64,000 nt of DNA from NCBI GenBank assembly GCA_002753335.1, contig PEAD01000001.1:1-64000 (forward strand), in the 5' to 3' direction. Source of the DNA: Nitrospirae bacterium MYbin3. GTDB taxonomy: Bacteria > Nitrospirota > Thermodesulfovibrionia > Thermodesulfovibrionales > Dissulfurispiraceae. Position 1 is the stretch's first letter. Every line of letters begins with the position of its first letter. The position numbers and the translations under genes are program-made. The notes under the pieces are model-generated. The model was not told where the DNA came from, made no database searches, and was given only the letters and a program-made list of their open reading frames with translations. Of this stretch, positions 53,401-64,000 are shown piece after piece.

Positions 53401-53514
53401 GTGACACCATAGCAGGAGCTATCAAAAAACATCAACTTTTTATGGATTAAAGGTTTTTTTGCAGACCCCGATAAAGAAAATGTACAATAGTCTTCATTCG
53501 AGGAGGGACGCAAA

Positions 53515-53832
53515 ATGCCGGTAAATACAGTTGCTCCATATGTACCACCACAGAACACAGACGACCTTAGAAAAACAATGGATGACCCTCGCAGTAAGGG
53601 GCAGCCGGTTAACACAAACGGCGCAAGCGTTCAGGCGCAGACACAGCAAAATGCTACATTAACGCCGCAGGCTATAGGCCCTGCTGTTCGCGTTGATATT
53701 TCTAATCAGGCCCGGCAGGTGGCAGGCAGTTCTGCCGAAAAAACCTCAGGTACCAAAAAAGAGGATGATCAAGCCTCGGCCAAGAAGGACGGCGGAGCAT
53801 CAGTAAAGCGTAAAATAGACGTAGTAGCCTAA
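53515..53832 (+). CDS. Hypothetical low-complexity protein, possibly flagellum-associated
   Basis: RBS gaggagg, VDISNQAR motif, C-terminal KIDVVA; upstream of flaG. Confidence 0.6.
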   Translation: MPVNTVAPYVPPQNTDDLRKTMDDPRSKGQPVNTNGASVQAQTQQNATLTPQAIGPAVRVDISNQARQVAGSSAEKTSGTKKEDDQASAKKDGGASVKRKIDVVA

Positions 53833-53846
53833 GTGGGGGAGTAGAA

Positions 53847-54242
53847 ATGGAAAGCGTATCTGCAGTTAGCATAGCTTCTCAAGCTCCGGCTATTCAGCCT
53901 GTTCCGGATGTCTTGAAGGATAATGACAACAAAGCCGCAAAGGCGATGCAGCCTGCTGAACCGAAAGTCGAAAAGCAGAAGCAGGAGTCTGCGTCTGAGC
54001 CTAAGCCTAAACCTAAACAGGATACATTACTGGATTCTAACGTAGAAGAAGCTCCGGTTCCGCAGCTGGACAGCCGTTTTTCATTAAAGTTTGAAACTGA
54101 CCGGGAGTTGAACATTATAGTGGCCAAGATTGTGGACAAAAAAACAGGTGATACGGTAAGCCAGATTCCACCTGAACAGATGTTCAAGACAATGAAATAC
54201 CTGCGTGATAATCCCGGCAGTCTTTTAGACCGTCAGGCATAA
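53847..54242 (+). CDS. flaG: FlaG family protein
   Basis: LKFETDRELNIIVAKIVDKKTGDTVSQIPPEQ...GSLLDRQA. Confidence 0.82.
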   Translation: MESVSAVSIASQAPAIQPVPDVLKDNDNKAAKAMQPAEPKVEKQKQESASEPKPKPKQDTLLDSNVEEAPVPQLDSRFSLKFETDRELNIIVAKIVDKKTGDTVSQIPPEQMFKTMKYLRDNPGSLLDRQA

Positions 54243-54300
54243 AAAATCTTTAGAATCTGTAGCTGCAGTTCAAATCGTTTGAATCACATATAATAATCTT

Positions 54301-57300
54301 ATGCCTTCGCTGCGGACTATCGTTCAAAATCAGATCAATCTTGTCTCCAAATCGCTGAATGAAAGTGATTGCAAGAGAATTTTCAACTTTCCCATACCGT
54401 TTTTTGCGCTTTTCCTTCTTTCTGCAAAAAAACCTTTTATTATAGTCGAGGATTCGGCCGAAGCAGCCGAAGCTCTTTATTCTGACATGCTTTTTTTCGC
54501 AGAGTTTGCAGGAAGTAATTCGATATTTCTCTACTTGCCTCCTTTTGCCGGCTCCGGCAGCGCAGGGGAAAGGACAAAGGTTTTAAGCCGTATAACATCA
54601 GAAAAGAATGTGAGCATTATCGCCTGCTCCGAAGCATGCAATATCGGCCTGCAAATCACCGAGTTGCCGAAGCGCAACCTAACCCTAACAAAAAAGATGT
54701 ATTTGTCGAGAAACGCGCTTAGAGATTCGCTTATCAGCCTAGGATACCGCAGTGTAAGTGTTGTGGTGGAGCAGGGTGAGTTTTGCGAGAGAGGATGGCT
54801 TTTTGACCTCTATCCTTCAACTGCCGAACTGCCTATCAGAATAGAATTTTTCGGGGATGAGATAGAACTGATAAGAAATTTCGATATAGAAACTCAGAGG
54901 TCAGCAGAAGAAATAGAACAGATTGTTTTGTTTCCTGCGGATGAACCGGAACCTTCCTCAAACCTTATCGATGAATTCATAAAAGAGCCCAGCATAGAAA
55001 TATTTGCGGTTGAAGGTGTACTGAATTTCGAAGAAGAAAAAAACAGGGTAACATTTATTTCACACATGCCGTTTCACGGCGAAGGTGTTGATGCCGGCGG
55101 ACTTTCTATAAACGGACTGGGCATATTGCCCGCCGAGAGAAAGAGCATAGCGGATATGCCGAAAGCTCTATGCAAAGCCGAAAAAGCAACTATTGTTGTT
55201 ATGCAGTCTCGGGCGCAGGCAGAGCGGTTGAAAGAAATCATAAGCGATGCAGATATTGCCGCTCCTGTAACCGCAGCAGAAAATATTGGTGATTTTGACG
55301 GAAGGCTTTGCCTGACATCCGGCACACTTTCAGGAGGCTTTCGCCTTCCAGGCCTGCTTTTTCTAACAGACAGAGAAATCTTTGGGGAGAGGCCTGCGTA
55401 CAGGCAGTTAAAAAAATCCAAAACTTCAGGCCTTCTTTTGTCGGTTGACGATATCAAGCCCGGAGATTTTATCGTGCACAAAGACCATGGGATCGGCCGG
55501 TTCGTAAAGCTTGCACGCCGCAAAACAGAGGATTTCGAAGAAGATCTTATATCCCTTGAGTATAGCGGCGGCGACCTGGTATATGTTCCTTTTCAGGGCA
55601 TCTCAAGGCTTAAGCGGTACAGTATCGCCGAAGGCCAGATCCCTGTTCTTGACCGGCTCGGAAGCAAGCGCTGGCAGAAAACCAAACAGCGCGTAAAAGA
55701 AGGCGTAAAGGAGATGGCGGACAAACTGCTTAAGCTTTATGCCGAACGTAAAGTGTCTAGAGGTTTTGTGTTTAGTGAAGACACCCATATGCATAAAGAA
55801 TTCGATGAATTTTTCCCATACGAAGAAACAGCTGATCAGTTGAAAGCGGTTGAAGAAATCAAAAAACATATGACATCAGATACGCCGATGGATATGCTCC
55901 TGTGCGGAGATGTGGGCTACGGCAAGACCGAGGTTGCGCTGAGAGCGGTGTTCCGTGCGGTATATGACGGCAAGCAGGTGGCGGTGCTGGTTCCAACAAC
56001 CCTGCTTGCAGAGCAGCATTTTAAGACATTCAGAGCCCGTTTTTCGGGCTTTCCCATTAATATCTGCCGTCTCGACAGGTTCCGAAGCAAAGCAGAAGTT
56101 GAACGCTGTATTGTGGCCGCTTCAAAAGGAGAGAGCGACATAGTAATAGGCACCCATATGCTTTTAAACAAGCGGTTAAATTTTCAGAACCTCGGTCTTC
56201 TGGTAATAGATGAGGAGCACAGGTTCGGTGTGGCCCAAAAGGAAAAGCTTAAAGAGCTTAAAAAAGGTGTCGATGTCCTTTCTCTTACCGCAACTCCGAT
56301 ACCGAGGACTCTGCATATGTCGCTTTCTGGCATACGTGAGATGTGTACGATAGAAACTCCTCCTGAACAAAGAATTTCTATTAGAAGCATCGTGACCGCA
56401 TTCAACGACAAAGTAATAAGAGAGGCGATAAACAGGGAACTTCATCGCAATGGGCAGGTGTTTTTTGTTCATAACCGCATCAACGATATAGAGTCAGTTG
56501 GCGCGTATCTGAAAAAAATTGTGCCTGAAGCGAAGATTTCTATAGCACATGGACAGATGACCGAATCTTTGGTCGAAAAAGTAATGCTGAACTTCTTCAA
56601 TAAAGAAGTCGATATACTGCTGTGCACATCGATAATCGGCTCGGGGCTTGATATAACTAACGCAAATACAATACTAATTGACAGGGCAGACACTTTCGGG
56701 CTTTCGGATTTATATCAACTGAAAGGGCGTGTGGGAAGAGGAAACGTTCAGGCCTATGCCTATTTTCTTATGCCTGGAGAAGATATTATCACACCTGAAG
56801 CAAAAAAAAGACTGCAGGCGATTCAGGAAATGAGTTATCTGGGTGCGGGTTTCAGGCTTGCGATGCGCGACATGGAAATAAGGGGGGCCGGCAATCTGCT
56901 GGGCGCAGAGCAATCAGGGCATATACATAGGGTGGGGTTTGATATGTACATAGAACTTCTCGAAAAAGCTGTGGCTGAACTTAAGGGAGAACAAAGCGGG
57001 GATGAGATCGAGCCGCAGATAAATTTAAGAATTTCGGCTTTTATTTCGGAAAGCTATATACCGGACATATCACTTAGACTCAGCATTTATCGCAGGATCT
57101 CGGCAGCAGCTTCTATAAATGCATTAGCAGAAATGCATGACGAAATAGCCGACAGATTCGGCAAGCTGCCTGCAGAGGCTTCTGCTTTAATAGGAATAAT
57201 GCGTATTAAAGTGCTTGCCCAAAAACTGTACGTATCCAAAATCAGCGAGTCTTCAGGAAAATGCAAAATAACATTTGCTGTACATCAGGGCTTAGGTGCT

Positions 57301-57480
57301 GTAATGCCTGAAGGTTTTACTGATAACCTAATGCGTGCGCTGCTTGGCATGAAATCGGTTTCTTTTTTCCCGGATGGCTTTGAGTTTAGTACACAAAAAA
57401 TGAGCCCACCTAAAATGCTTGATGCAATTGAACAAAAACTCGCCTACCTTTGCAAAATGCTTTTTCAGACCAAAGTTTGA
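54301..57480 (+). CDS. mfd: Transcription-repair coupling factor
   Basis: VHKDHGIG, FPYEETADQ, CGDVGYGKTEVA, DEEHRFGV, QLKGRVGR, and TRCF C-terminus. Confidence 0.95.
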   Translation: MPSLRTIVQNQINLVSKSLNESDCKRIFNFPIPFFALFLLSAKKPFIIVEDSAEAAEALYSDMLFFAEFAGSNSIFLYLPPFAGSGSAGERTKVLSRITSEKNVSIIACSEACNIGLQITELPKRNLTLTKKMYLSRNALRDSLISLGYRSVSVVVEQGEFCERGWLFDLYPSTAELPIRIEFFGDEIELIRNFDIETQRSAEEIEQIVLFPADEPEPSSNLIDEFIKEPSIEIFAVEGVLNFEEEKNRVTFISHMPFHGEGVDAGGLSINGLGILPAERKSIADMPKALCKAEKATIVVMQSRAQAERLKEIISDADIAAPVTAAENIGDFDGRLCLTSGTLSGGFRLPGLLFLTDREIFGERPAYRQLKKSKTSGLLLSVDDIKPGDFIVHKDHGIGRFVKLARRKTEDFEEDLISLEYSGGDLVYVPFQGISRLKRYSIAEGQIPVLDRLGSKRWQKTKQRVKEGVKEMADKLLKLYAERKVSRGFVFSEDTHMHKEFDEFFPYEETADQLKAVEEIKKHMTSDTPMDMLLCGDVGYGKTEVALRAVFRAVYDGKQVAVLVPTTLLAEQHFKTFRARFSGFPINICRLDRFRSKAEVERCIVAASKGESDIVIGTHMLLNKRLNFQNLGLLVIDEEHRFGVAQKEKLKELKKGVDVLSLTATPIPRTLHMSLSGIREMCTIETPPEQRISIRSIVTAFNDKVIREAINRELHRNGQVFFVHNRINDIESVGAYLKKIVPEAKISIAHGQMTESLVEKVMLNFFNKEVDILLCTSIIGSGLDITNANTILIDRADTFGLSDLYQLKGRVGRGNVQAYAYFLMPGEDIITPEAKKRLQAIQEMSYLGAGFRLAMRDMEIRGAGNLLGAEQSGHIHRVGFDMYIELLEKAVAELKGEQSGDEIEPQINLRISAFISESYIPDISLRLSIYRRISAAASINALAEMHDEIADRFGKLPAEASALIGIMRIKVLAQKLYVSKISESSGKCKITFAVHQGLGAVMPEGFTDNLMRALLGMKSVSFFPDGFEFSTQKMSPPKMLDAIEQKLAYLCKMLFQTKV

Positions 57481-57519
57481 TATGCTATGATTTAAACCGG
57501 TTGTTCATCGGGGAGGTTT

Positions 57520-59199
57520 ATGGACAAAAGCTTGTTTTGGAAGATATACGGTTTCCTCGAAAAAAACTTCTTCAACTCTCTCACAAAAAAAATAGCCGGC
57601 AATCTGGCGCCTTTTTTGGCGCTGCAGGCTTTAATTCTCGGCTGTTTTTATGCAGCGGCTGCCAATGTTCAGAATATGCTGACACAAAAACAGGCTGCAG
57701 CCGACATTAATTCCACACTGAATTGCTATCTTATGATCGGCGCCGGAATCTTTTTGTTTTCGCTCGTTGCGGCCGTCGTTTCTGTGCTGTTTCTCCGCTT
57801 TTTAATAGTAAGACCTATAAAAAAGACCGGCGAGTTTTTAAAAGAGGTGGGCGGTTCTTTTGATGCGGCCAACAGCGGCAAAGGTGCGATTACAGACCTA
57901 AGCCGAACTATAGAAGTTAATACTGTAGATGAGATAGGCGATATGGTGCAAGCCTACAACAACTTATCCGCAAATCTTGATAAAGTGATCGAACAGTTCC
58001 AGAGAATCTCTAATAGCATCTTCGGGAACATAATATCTCTGACCAATGAATCCAATGCCACAGCCAATAACATGCGGCAGCAGACAAGCCAGTCGGATTC
58101 CATAGCAGGCGCTGCGGACAGTATGAACAGAACTATAACCGGAATAGCACAGAATTCTTCGAAAGCTTCAGAAAGCTCGGAAGATGCGGAGACTCTTGCA
58201 GAAAAAGGGAAAGTAACGGCGATATCATCCGTAAACACAATAAACCATGTACATGAGGCTACCATGGAGCTTTCTGAGATGATAGACCGTCTAAGCAAGC
58301 ATATCAGGGAGATAGGCGATATACTCACCGTTATAGAAGATATAGCGGATCAGACAAACCTGTTGGCGCTTAATGCTTCGATTGAAGCTGCACGGGCAGG
58401 AGAGCATGGACGAGGCTTTTCTATCGTTGCAGAGGAGGTGCGCAAACTTGCAGAGCGCACGATAAGGGCAACTGCAGAGATTTCTGACAAAATCAAGGCT
58501 GTTCAATCAGAGTCTGACGGCACGACCGAATCCATGAAAAGTACTGCTGATGAGGTTACAAAGGCGACCGAATCTATGAAACAGGTAGAAAGCTCGCTTA
58601 ACCTGATAGTCGGCAGGGTTAACAGTGTAAAGGGGCAGATAACACAAATAGCCGCCTCGGTTGAAGAGCAGTCGGCCGCTTCGTCCGAGATTGTATTAAA
58701 CGCGGAGCAGTCATCTGCAATAGCAAAAAAGACCTTTGAAATGACCCGGCTGATGGACGAACAGATAAAAGATCTGCGCGACAGCTCTATAAAACTCAAC
58801 AGGCTTGTAGGCGGCTTCAGAACAGCAAACTACAAAGTTATATCGATCGAAAATGCTGTAACCGATCACAGGGTTTTTGTTTCGAGAATTCATGCGCATT
58901 TTTCGGGCATAAAAGAAATGGATGCATCAAAAATTTCTGATCCCAAGCAGGGCAAGTTCGGCAAATGGTATTACGGTGAGGGGGAAAGATTTTTTGCAGG
59001 CATAAAGGCCTATCAGGAAATTGGTGAGCAGAACAAAGAGTTTCTGAATGCAGCAGTAAGGGCATTAGGAGCACATAAATCGGGTCAGCATTCAACAGCA
59101 GAAAAACTTTTGTCAGAGGCAGAGGGAAAAAGCACAAGATTAATCGAGATTCTGAACCGCTTTAAGGCTGAAGTCGAAAGGATGAACAGCAGGACGTGA
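57520..59199 (+). CDS. Methyl-accepting chemotaxis protein (2 TM, HAMP, MA, degenerate CZB)
   Basis: [40 protein letters not shown], and C-terminal DH...FGKWYYGEG. Confidence 0.92.
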   Translation: MDKSLFWKIYGFLEKNFFNSLTKKIAGNLAPFLALQALILGCFYAAAANVQNMLTQKQAAADINSTLNCYLMIGAGIFLFSLVAAVVSVLFLRFLIVRPIKKTGEFLKEVGGSFDAANSGKGAITDLSRTIEVNTVDEIGDMVQAYNNLSANLDKVIEQFQRISNSIFGNIISLTNESNATANNMRQQTSQSDSIAGAADSMNRTITGIAQNSSKASESSEDAETLAEKGKVTAISSVNTINHVHEATMELSEMIDRLSKHIREIGDILTVIEDIADQTNLLALNASIEAARAGEHGRGFSIVAEEVRKLAERTIRATAEISDKIKAVQSESDGTTESMKSTADEVTKATESMKQVESSLNLIVGRVNSVKGQITQIAASVEEQSAASSEIVLNAEQSSAIAKKTFEMTRLMDEQIKDLRDSSIKLNRLVGGFRTANYKVISIENAVTDHRVFVSRIHAHFSGIKEMDASKISDPKQGKFGKWYYGEGERFFAGIKAYQEIGEQNKEFLNAAVRALGAHKSGQHSTAEKLLSEAEGKSTRLIEILNRFKAEVERMNSRT

Positions 59200-61136
59200 A
59201 AAAAATTCCGGTAAAAAAGATTTATACCACCGATGTGATAAGCGTATCACCGGCGATGCCGCTAGCAGAGGCTGCTTTGCTTATGGGCAGGCATAAGATA
59301 AGCTGCATAATCGCTGTCGAAAACAAAAAACCTGTTGGGATATTCACCGAAAGGGATTTCATCCGCACTATATCCACAAGCCGCGGTATTTCGGGACTGA
59401 GAGTTTCTGACATAATGAAATCGTCTCTGATAAAGGCCTCAGCCGATGCAACCCTTTACGAAGCGTATGATCTAATCGAGACCAACGGCATAAGACATCT
59501 CGTGATCGTTGATTCAAAAGGCAGACTGGCCGGAGTAGCTACACAGACCGATGTGATGAAGCATTTAGGCATGGAATCGTTTATTGAGGTCAAAGACATA
59601 TCCAAGATTATGTCAAAGAATGTTGTTACGGTTATGCCCGATGCAACTATTGAGGACATCCTTTCAAAAATGGTTTCCTGTTCGATAAGCTGCGTTGTCG
59701 TTGAGGAGAAAATGCGGCCTGTCGGCATACTTACCGAACGTGACATCGTAAGGCTTTACAATGAAAGCGGTGACGTATCAAAGCTGACCGCCGGTGACGT
59801 TATGCGCACACCTGTTGAAACCATACCGATCGAAATGCCTGTTCATAAAGCGGTCAGCATAATGAATCACAAAAAAATACGCAGGCTGGTCGTGGCCGAC
59901 CGCAGAAAAAAAATTATAGGCATTGTAACGCAGACCGATGTAATAAAAAGGGTTGAGGAGCACTATATAGAATTTCTTAAAGAAATAATGTCAAAGAAAG
60001 AAGCCCTTCTTCATGAAAATATCAAGATGCTGAGCGAGAAGGTGGTTCTCGATAACCTGCTGCGCTCTTCGACCGAGACCGCAATTTTGGCGCTTGATGC
60101 AGACTTCCGGATACTTTACTACAACACCGCTACAGAAAATATTTTTGAATGGAACAAAGGTGGCCTAGCCGGACAAAATATAACAGAACTCTATTTAAAT
60201 GCAGCGAACGAAAAATTTTCGACCCGCCGAGTGCAGCAAGAAACTGCTGCGGAAGGCATGTTCAGGGATTTTGTTGTCCTGGGGGGAAGGCATATAGAAT
60301 CAACAATAACCGCCATACGAGATGATAAAAATGAAACTGTCGGCTATATGGTGTTGGCACGAGATATAACAGAGTATAAGCGGTTGGAAGAGGAGTCGGT
60401 CAAGGCTCAGAAACTTGAGTCGATAAGCATTTTGGCAGGAGGCCTTGCGCATGATTTTAACAATCTTATAACAGGCATCCTGAGCTGTCTTTCGCTGGCC
60501 AAATCAGTTATGGCGCCTCAGCACACAGCTTACGAGAGCTTGCTTATGGCAGAAAAAGCGGCCAATATTGCAAGTGATTTAACGCATCAGCTTACAACAT
60601 TTTCGAGAATCGGAAATCCGGATATAACATCTGTTAATCTTGCCGAAATTCCGCTTGATGCAGCCTGTGTATTGCCGCAGGACTTTAACAAGGTTAGATG
60701 CGATTTTTTAATACCGGACGGCCTATGGACTTTTCGTGCCGACGAAACCCAGATACTCAGGGTTTTTAACAATCTTGTTGTTAATGCGGCAGAAGCTATG
60801 CCTGGCGGCGGTTCCGTAACGGTGACAGCCAAAAACATTACGGTAAAACATAGAGACGGGCTGCCTTTGCCGTATGGTCCTTATGTTAAAATTTCGATAA
60901 AAGATACAGGCACCGGGATAAAGAAGAAACATCTGCCCAAAATCTTTGACCCATATTTTTCAACTAAGCATAGGGGGAAAACAAAGGGTGCCGGTCTCGG
61001 CCTTGCGATATGCTATGCAATAATAAGAAACCACAACGGTTATATTTCGGTTGATTCCGAAGAGGGTAAAGGCTCGACCTTTTACGTCTATCTTCCGGTG
61101 GAAGAGATGCAGCCGGAAAATAGTATCAGGAAATAA
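59196..61136 (+). CDS. Cytoplasmic CBS x4 - PAS - histidine kinase
   Basis: Four CBS repeats (GIFTERD, ATQTD, GILTERD, VTQTD), H-box [29 protein letters not shown]. Confidence 0.9.
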   Translation: MKKIPVKKIYTTDVISVSPAMPLAEAALLMGRHKISCIIAVENKKPVGIFTERDFIRTISTSRGISGLRVSDIMKSSLIKASADATLYEAYDLIETNGIRHLVIVDSKGRLAGVATQTDVMKHLGMESFIEVKDISKIMSKNVVTVMPDATIEDILSKMVSCSISCVVVEEKMRPVGILTERDIVRLYNESGDVSKLTAGDVMRTPVETIPIEMPVHKAVSIMNHKKIRRLVVADRRKKIIGIVTQTDVIKRVEEHYIEFLKEIMSKKEALLHENIKMLSEKVVLDNLLRSSTETAILALDADFRILYYNTATENIFEWNKGGLAGQNITELYLNAANEKFSTRRVQQETAAEGMFRDFVVLGGRHIESTITAIRDDKNETVGYMVLARDITEYKRLEEESVKAQKLESISILAGGLAHDFNNLITGILSCLSLAKSVMAPQHTAYESLLMAEKAANIASDLTHQLTTFSRIGNPDITSVNLAEIPLDAACVLPQDFNKVRCDFLIPDGLWTFRADETQILRVFNNLVVNAAEAMPGGGSVTVTAKNITVKHRDGLPLPYGPYVKISIKDTGTGIKKKHLPKIFDPYFSTKHRGKTKGAGLGLAICYAIIRNHNGYISVDSEEGKGSTFYVYLPVEEMQPENSIRK

Positions 61137-61791
61137 GCTCCATCTTCACTTTGACATTGAGCTTCTGTTTTGCAGCATCAACAAATGATTTAACAGCCAC
61201 AGCTTTCTTGTTTGCAAGCGCCGCCTGCTTCAGTTCTTCATTTTTCTTTGCATCGCTAGATGCAGACTTAAGTTCAGATGGGCTAATATCAACGACAGAT
61301 TCTATAAGGCTTCTCATCTTAAAAAGCATTATCTGCTGACGGAGAGAATTTTCGAATCCCTCAGGGGTCATCCGGTTAAGACTGAGGGTTTTGAAGTAAA
61401 CATCTTTTCTGAACACCCCATCTCTTAGAAAGCGGGGGTCTCTTACTATTGTGTTTTGAAGTTCTTTGTCTGTCACGGTTATGCCCGATTCTTTGGCACA
61501 GATAAGCAGAACCTTTTCTTCTATCAGGTTTGCGAGAATCATTTCTTTAAGCTTAAGTTTTTTTTCGATCTCTTCAGAAAACTGGCCTTTAAATGTTTCG
61601 CGATAAGCCTCCCGGATTCTCTCGTAAGCACGCCAGTATTCTTCTACAGATATTTTTTCGCTGCCTATCTGGGCAAGATTTACGGTCGAGGGGTTGTCCT
61701 GCGTTCCTACCCCCCAAAAAACAAATGACAGGATTACTATGAAAAATAAAAAATAGAAAAAGCGTGCATGTTTTCTCATTGATTGAAGCAT
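61126..61791 (-). CDS. SurA N-terminal-domain protein (PpiD-like, no PPIase domain)
   Basis: MLQSMRK, TM ending SFVFWG, GITVTDKEL...F.RDGVF. Confidence 0.8.
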   Translation of the reverse strand: MLQSMRKHARFFYFLFFIVILSFVFWGVGTQDNPSTVNLAQIGSEKISVEEYWRAYERIREAYRETFKGQFSEEIEKKLKLKEMILANLIEEKVLLICAKESGITVTDKELQNTIVRDPRFLRDGVFRKDVYFKTLSLNRMTPEGFENSLRQQIMLFKMRSLIESVVDISPSELKSASSDAKKNEELKQAALANKKAVAVKSFVDAAKQKLNVKVKMELIS

Positions 61792-61827
61792 ATGTTCATT
61801 CCTCCGTTTTTATCTTTGATCGAAATA

Positions 61828-62082
61828 TTATTTTGCCTCATGCCCCTGTTCAGTTAATTCAGGCCTAAGGTCCACATTTTTTTCCGGAACTATTGTTGAT
61901 ATCGCATGCTTGTAAATCAGCTGATCGTTGGAGTCTTTAAGAAGCACTACAAAGCTGTCGAATCCTTTTACCACGCCCTTTAGCCTGACGCCGTTCATAA
62001 GGTAGATTACGACAGGTATTTTTTCCTTCCTGATAACGTTCAAAAAATTGTCCTGTAGATTCTGCCCCTTGTTTCCAAGCAA
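61828..62082 (-). CDS. hfq: RNA chaperone Hfq
   Basis: [36 protein letters not shown] start at 62082 after RBS gggagg. Confidence 0.93.
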   Translation of the reverse strand: MLGNKGQNLQDNFLNVIRKEKIPVVIYLMNGVRLKGVVKGFDSFVVLLKDSNDQLIYKHAISTIVPEKNVDLRPELTEQGHEAK

Positions 62083-62207
62083 ATTGAACCTCCCCCTGCC
62101 CTGCCGGATTATCATATATCCACCGGACTTTTTGAACTTTTACCTTAAAAGATTTTGCTCAATAATGCAAGCTGTATGATATTATATCCCAATAAAAGGA
62201 GATTTTA

Positions 62208-62411
62208 ATGCCTATTTACGAATACCTTTGCAACAAATGCAACAATGAGTTTGAGAAGCTTGTTTTCGGAAACCAGCAGGTTGTGTGCCCCCAATGCTCT
62301 TCTACGGAGCTCAAAAAAAAGTTTTCGGTCTTTGGCACAAGCGGCACCGAGAAAAAAGTTTCATCTGGCTGCTCATCCTGCAGCTCCGGATCCTGCAGTA
62401 CCTGCAAATAA
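62208..62411 (+). CDS. FmdB family zinc-ribbon protein
   Basis: MPIYEYLCNKC...CPQC with a Cys-rich tail. Confidence 0.88.
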   Translation: MPIYEYLCNKCNNEFEKLVFGNQQVVCPQCSSTELKKKFSVFGTSGTEKKVSSGCSSCSSGSCSTCK

Positions 62412-62413
62412 GC

Positions 62414-62830
62414 TTACTCCGGATATTTGAAAGGGCTTGTCCGCAAAATATTGTCAACCTTAAGAGGCCTGCCGCTCATCACAAATACGGCAACTCCGCG
62501 CTCTTCGGTTTTCTTTGTTCCCCTGAGCCAGCGGCCTTTCCACGAAGAATGCACCATCACCTTGTTCCCGTCTATTTCAACAAGTGTCGGGGCAAACGAA
62601 AGCTCGGCGCTGTCAAAAGCCTTGATACTGCTCTTAATTGTCCTGAACCCTTCGCGCGTACAGTTCTTCTCGATAGAAGAATACTCTTTTTTGAGGTAGG
62701 CTTCTTTTATTGATTCCAGCACCCCAAATGCTTCTGTAGCCGTTTTTGAATCTTGGGTCGGTTTTGTTGCCTTACCGCAAGCAGCGGTAAATAGGGATAA
62801 GACTACAGCAAGCAAGAGAAGACTCCTCAT
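62414..62830 (-). CDS. Putative lipoprotein
   Basis: MRSLLLLAVVLSLFTAAC lipobox and RBS ggagga. Confidence 0.72.
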   Translation of the reverse strand: MRSLLLLAVVLSLFTAACGKATKPTQDSKTATEAFGVLESIKEAYLKKEYSSIEKNCTREGFRTIKSSIKAFDSAELSFAPTLVEIDGNKVMVHSSWKGRWLRGTKKTEERGVAVFVMSGRPLKVDNILRTSPFKYPE

Positions 62831-62892
62831 TTTAATCCTCCGAACGTTTCCTGATTTTTGAACTTCTATTATAATCCTGCTATGATAAAATT

Positions 62893-63336
62893 GTGAAGAC
62901 AGTTTGTCAGAACCGCAAGGCATACCATGACTACACCATCGAAGAAACCCTTGAAGCCGGCATACAGCTTGTTGGAACAGAGGTTAAGTCTTTGCGCGAA
63001 GGGAAGGCAAATCTTAAAGACAGCCATGCAATAATAAAAGGTGACGAAGTATTTCTGCTGAGCTGCCATGTAAGCCCGTACAGCCACGGCAACATAATGA
63101 ACCACGACCCCTTAAGAACAAGGAAGCTGCTGCTTCACCGCAAAGAGATTGAACGTATGCGCGGAAAGATGCAGCAAAAAGGATACACTTTAGTTCCGCT
63201 GAAAATATATTTTAAAGGCCCTTTCGCAAAAGTGGAGCTGGGTCTCGCAAAAGGTAAGCGCACTTATGAGAAGCGCGAGGCAATCAAAGAGCGCGAGGCA
63301 AAACGTGATATAGAACGGGTTATGAAGTCCCGTTGA
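62893..63336 (+). CDS. smpB: SsrA-binding protein
   Basis: NRKAYHDY, EAGIQLVGTEVKSLR, RKLLLH, AKGK; adjacent to tmRNA. Confidence 0.97.
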   Translation: MKTVCQNRKAYHDYTIEETLEAGIQLVGTEVKSLREGKANLKDSHAIIKGDEVFLLSCHVSPYSHGNIMNHDPLRTRKLLLHRKEIERMRGKMQQKGYTLVPLKIYFKGPFAKVELGLAKGKRTYEKREAIKEREAKRDIERVMKSR

Positions 63337-63372
63337 TTGTGTTAAACTAAATAGAGAAGTTCTTTGACATTT

Positions 63373-63712
63373 GGGGGCGATAGGACTCGACGGGGGTTAT
63401 GAGGCTCAAGTTGCATGCCGTGGCTCCGTCACCACGTAAAAAGATGGAAAAAAACACAAACGCCAATAACGAACTGGCAATCGCTGCTTAGGCAGCACGC
63501 TCCTCTGAAGATGTCTGCGCTTTAGAGTACAGCGTCATATAGCAGGCTGCCGCCGGGTGACTCCCTTAAATCCGGCGAAAGATTAAGGGATGGGATGTCG
63601 GCAGGCCCGTCAGCCGGCAATCCGGCATTCGAGATTAAATAGGCTGAATACGCATGTAGATGCTTGGGAGTAGTGCTTTCGGACGCGGGTTCGATTCCCG
63701 CCGCCTCCACCA
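63373..63712 (+). ncRNA. ssrA: tmRNA (tag peptide ANNELAIAA, 63462-63491)
   Basis: 5' GGGGGCG pairs with 3' CGCCTCC-ACCA including the G3:U wobble. T-arm GCGGGTTCGATTCCCGC. Tag ORF gcc aat aac gaa ctg gca atc gct gct tag. Confidence 0.96.
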
Positions 63713-63797
63713 AACAACCAACTCCAGAGACAGATAGAATCTTATACGCCTGTTTTGTTATCATTACCGACAAAACGAAATTATCAGGAGGTTATTT

Positions 63798-63980
63798 ATG
63801 GGAACACCAACAGTTGATGCCGATCTTTGCATCGGTTGCGGTTCATGCGTTGAAGTTTGTCCTGAGGTTTTTGAACTCAGGGACGACAAGGCATGGGTTG
63901 TAGGTTATGACAAATGCAGCACCTGTAATTGCGAAGAAGCTGCTAGCATATGTCCGGTAGAAGCTATTAAATTTGAGTAG
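63798..63980 (+). CDS. Ferredoxin (single 4Fe-4S cluster type)
   Basis: CIGCGSCVEVCP...EAASICPVEAI, with RBS aggagg. Confidence 0.9.
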   Translation: MGTPTVDADLCIGCGSCVEVCPEVFELRDDKAWVVGYDKCSTCNCEEAASICPVEAIKFE

Positions 63981-64000
63981 TGGTGTTTAGTGATAAGGCG

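Noticed and set aside
63713..63797. Integrative element at the tmRNA 3' end
   Set aside because: No integrase and no duplicated 3' end within the window. A ferredoxin gene follows directly.

Overview
64 kb of bacterial chromosome, most consistent with an anaerobic Nitrospirota (Thermodesulfovibrionia-like) genome. That assignment is an inference from the tmRNA tag ANNELAIAA and the gene content. The window probably starts at a contig end, because nt 1-32 are an inverted copy of nt 645-676. The left 14 kb is an accessory signalling locus. It holds a 5'-truncated Met/Pro/Gly-repeat, beta-rich surface protein, an OmpH/Skp chaperone, two translationally coupled CHASE2-class III nucleotide cyclases of about 1160 aa each, and a convergent GAF protein plus PilB/GspE ATPase. 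The main finding is that the two cyclases have complementary catalytic defects. Cyclase A lacks both metal-binding Asp but keeps Lys/Thr/Asn/Arg. Cyclase B keeps both Asp but lacks Asn/Arg. This predicts an obligate heterodimer split like mammalian C1/C2. Cyclase B also carries an in-frame TAA. The rest is mostly housekeeping: rmlACDB, bioA, an acetate cluster (DUF294 NTase, exonuclease, DUF4212, ActP-like symporter, acs), a sigma54 HTH-porin-amtB-glnK operon, a diadenylate cyclase, a DHH-CBS tRNA nucleotidyltransferase, PBP1A, panB, dusB, pit, an M16 peptidase pair (in-frame TAG in the second), aroD, comF, flaG, mfd, an MCP, a CBS histidine kinase, hfq, smpB, tmRNA and a ferredoxin. Three copies of a short palindromic intergenic repeat are present. 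No CRISPR array, rRNA, tRNA or transposase was seen.
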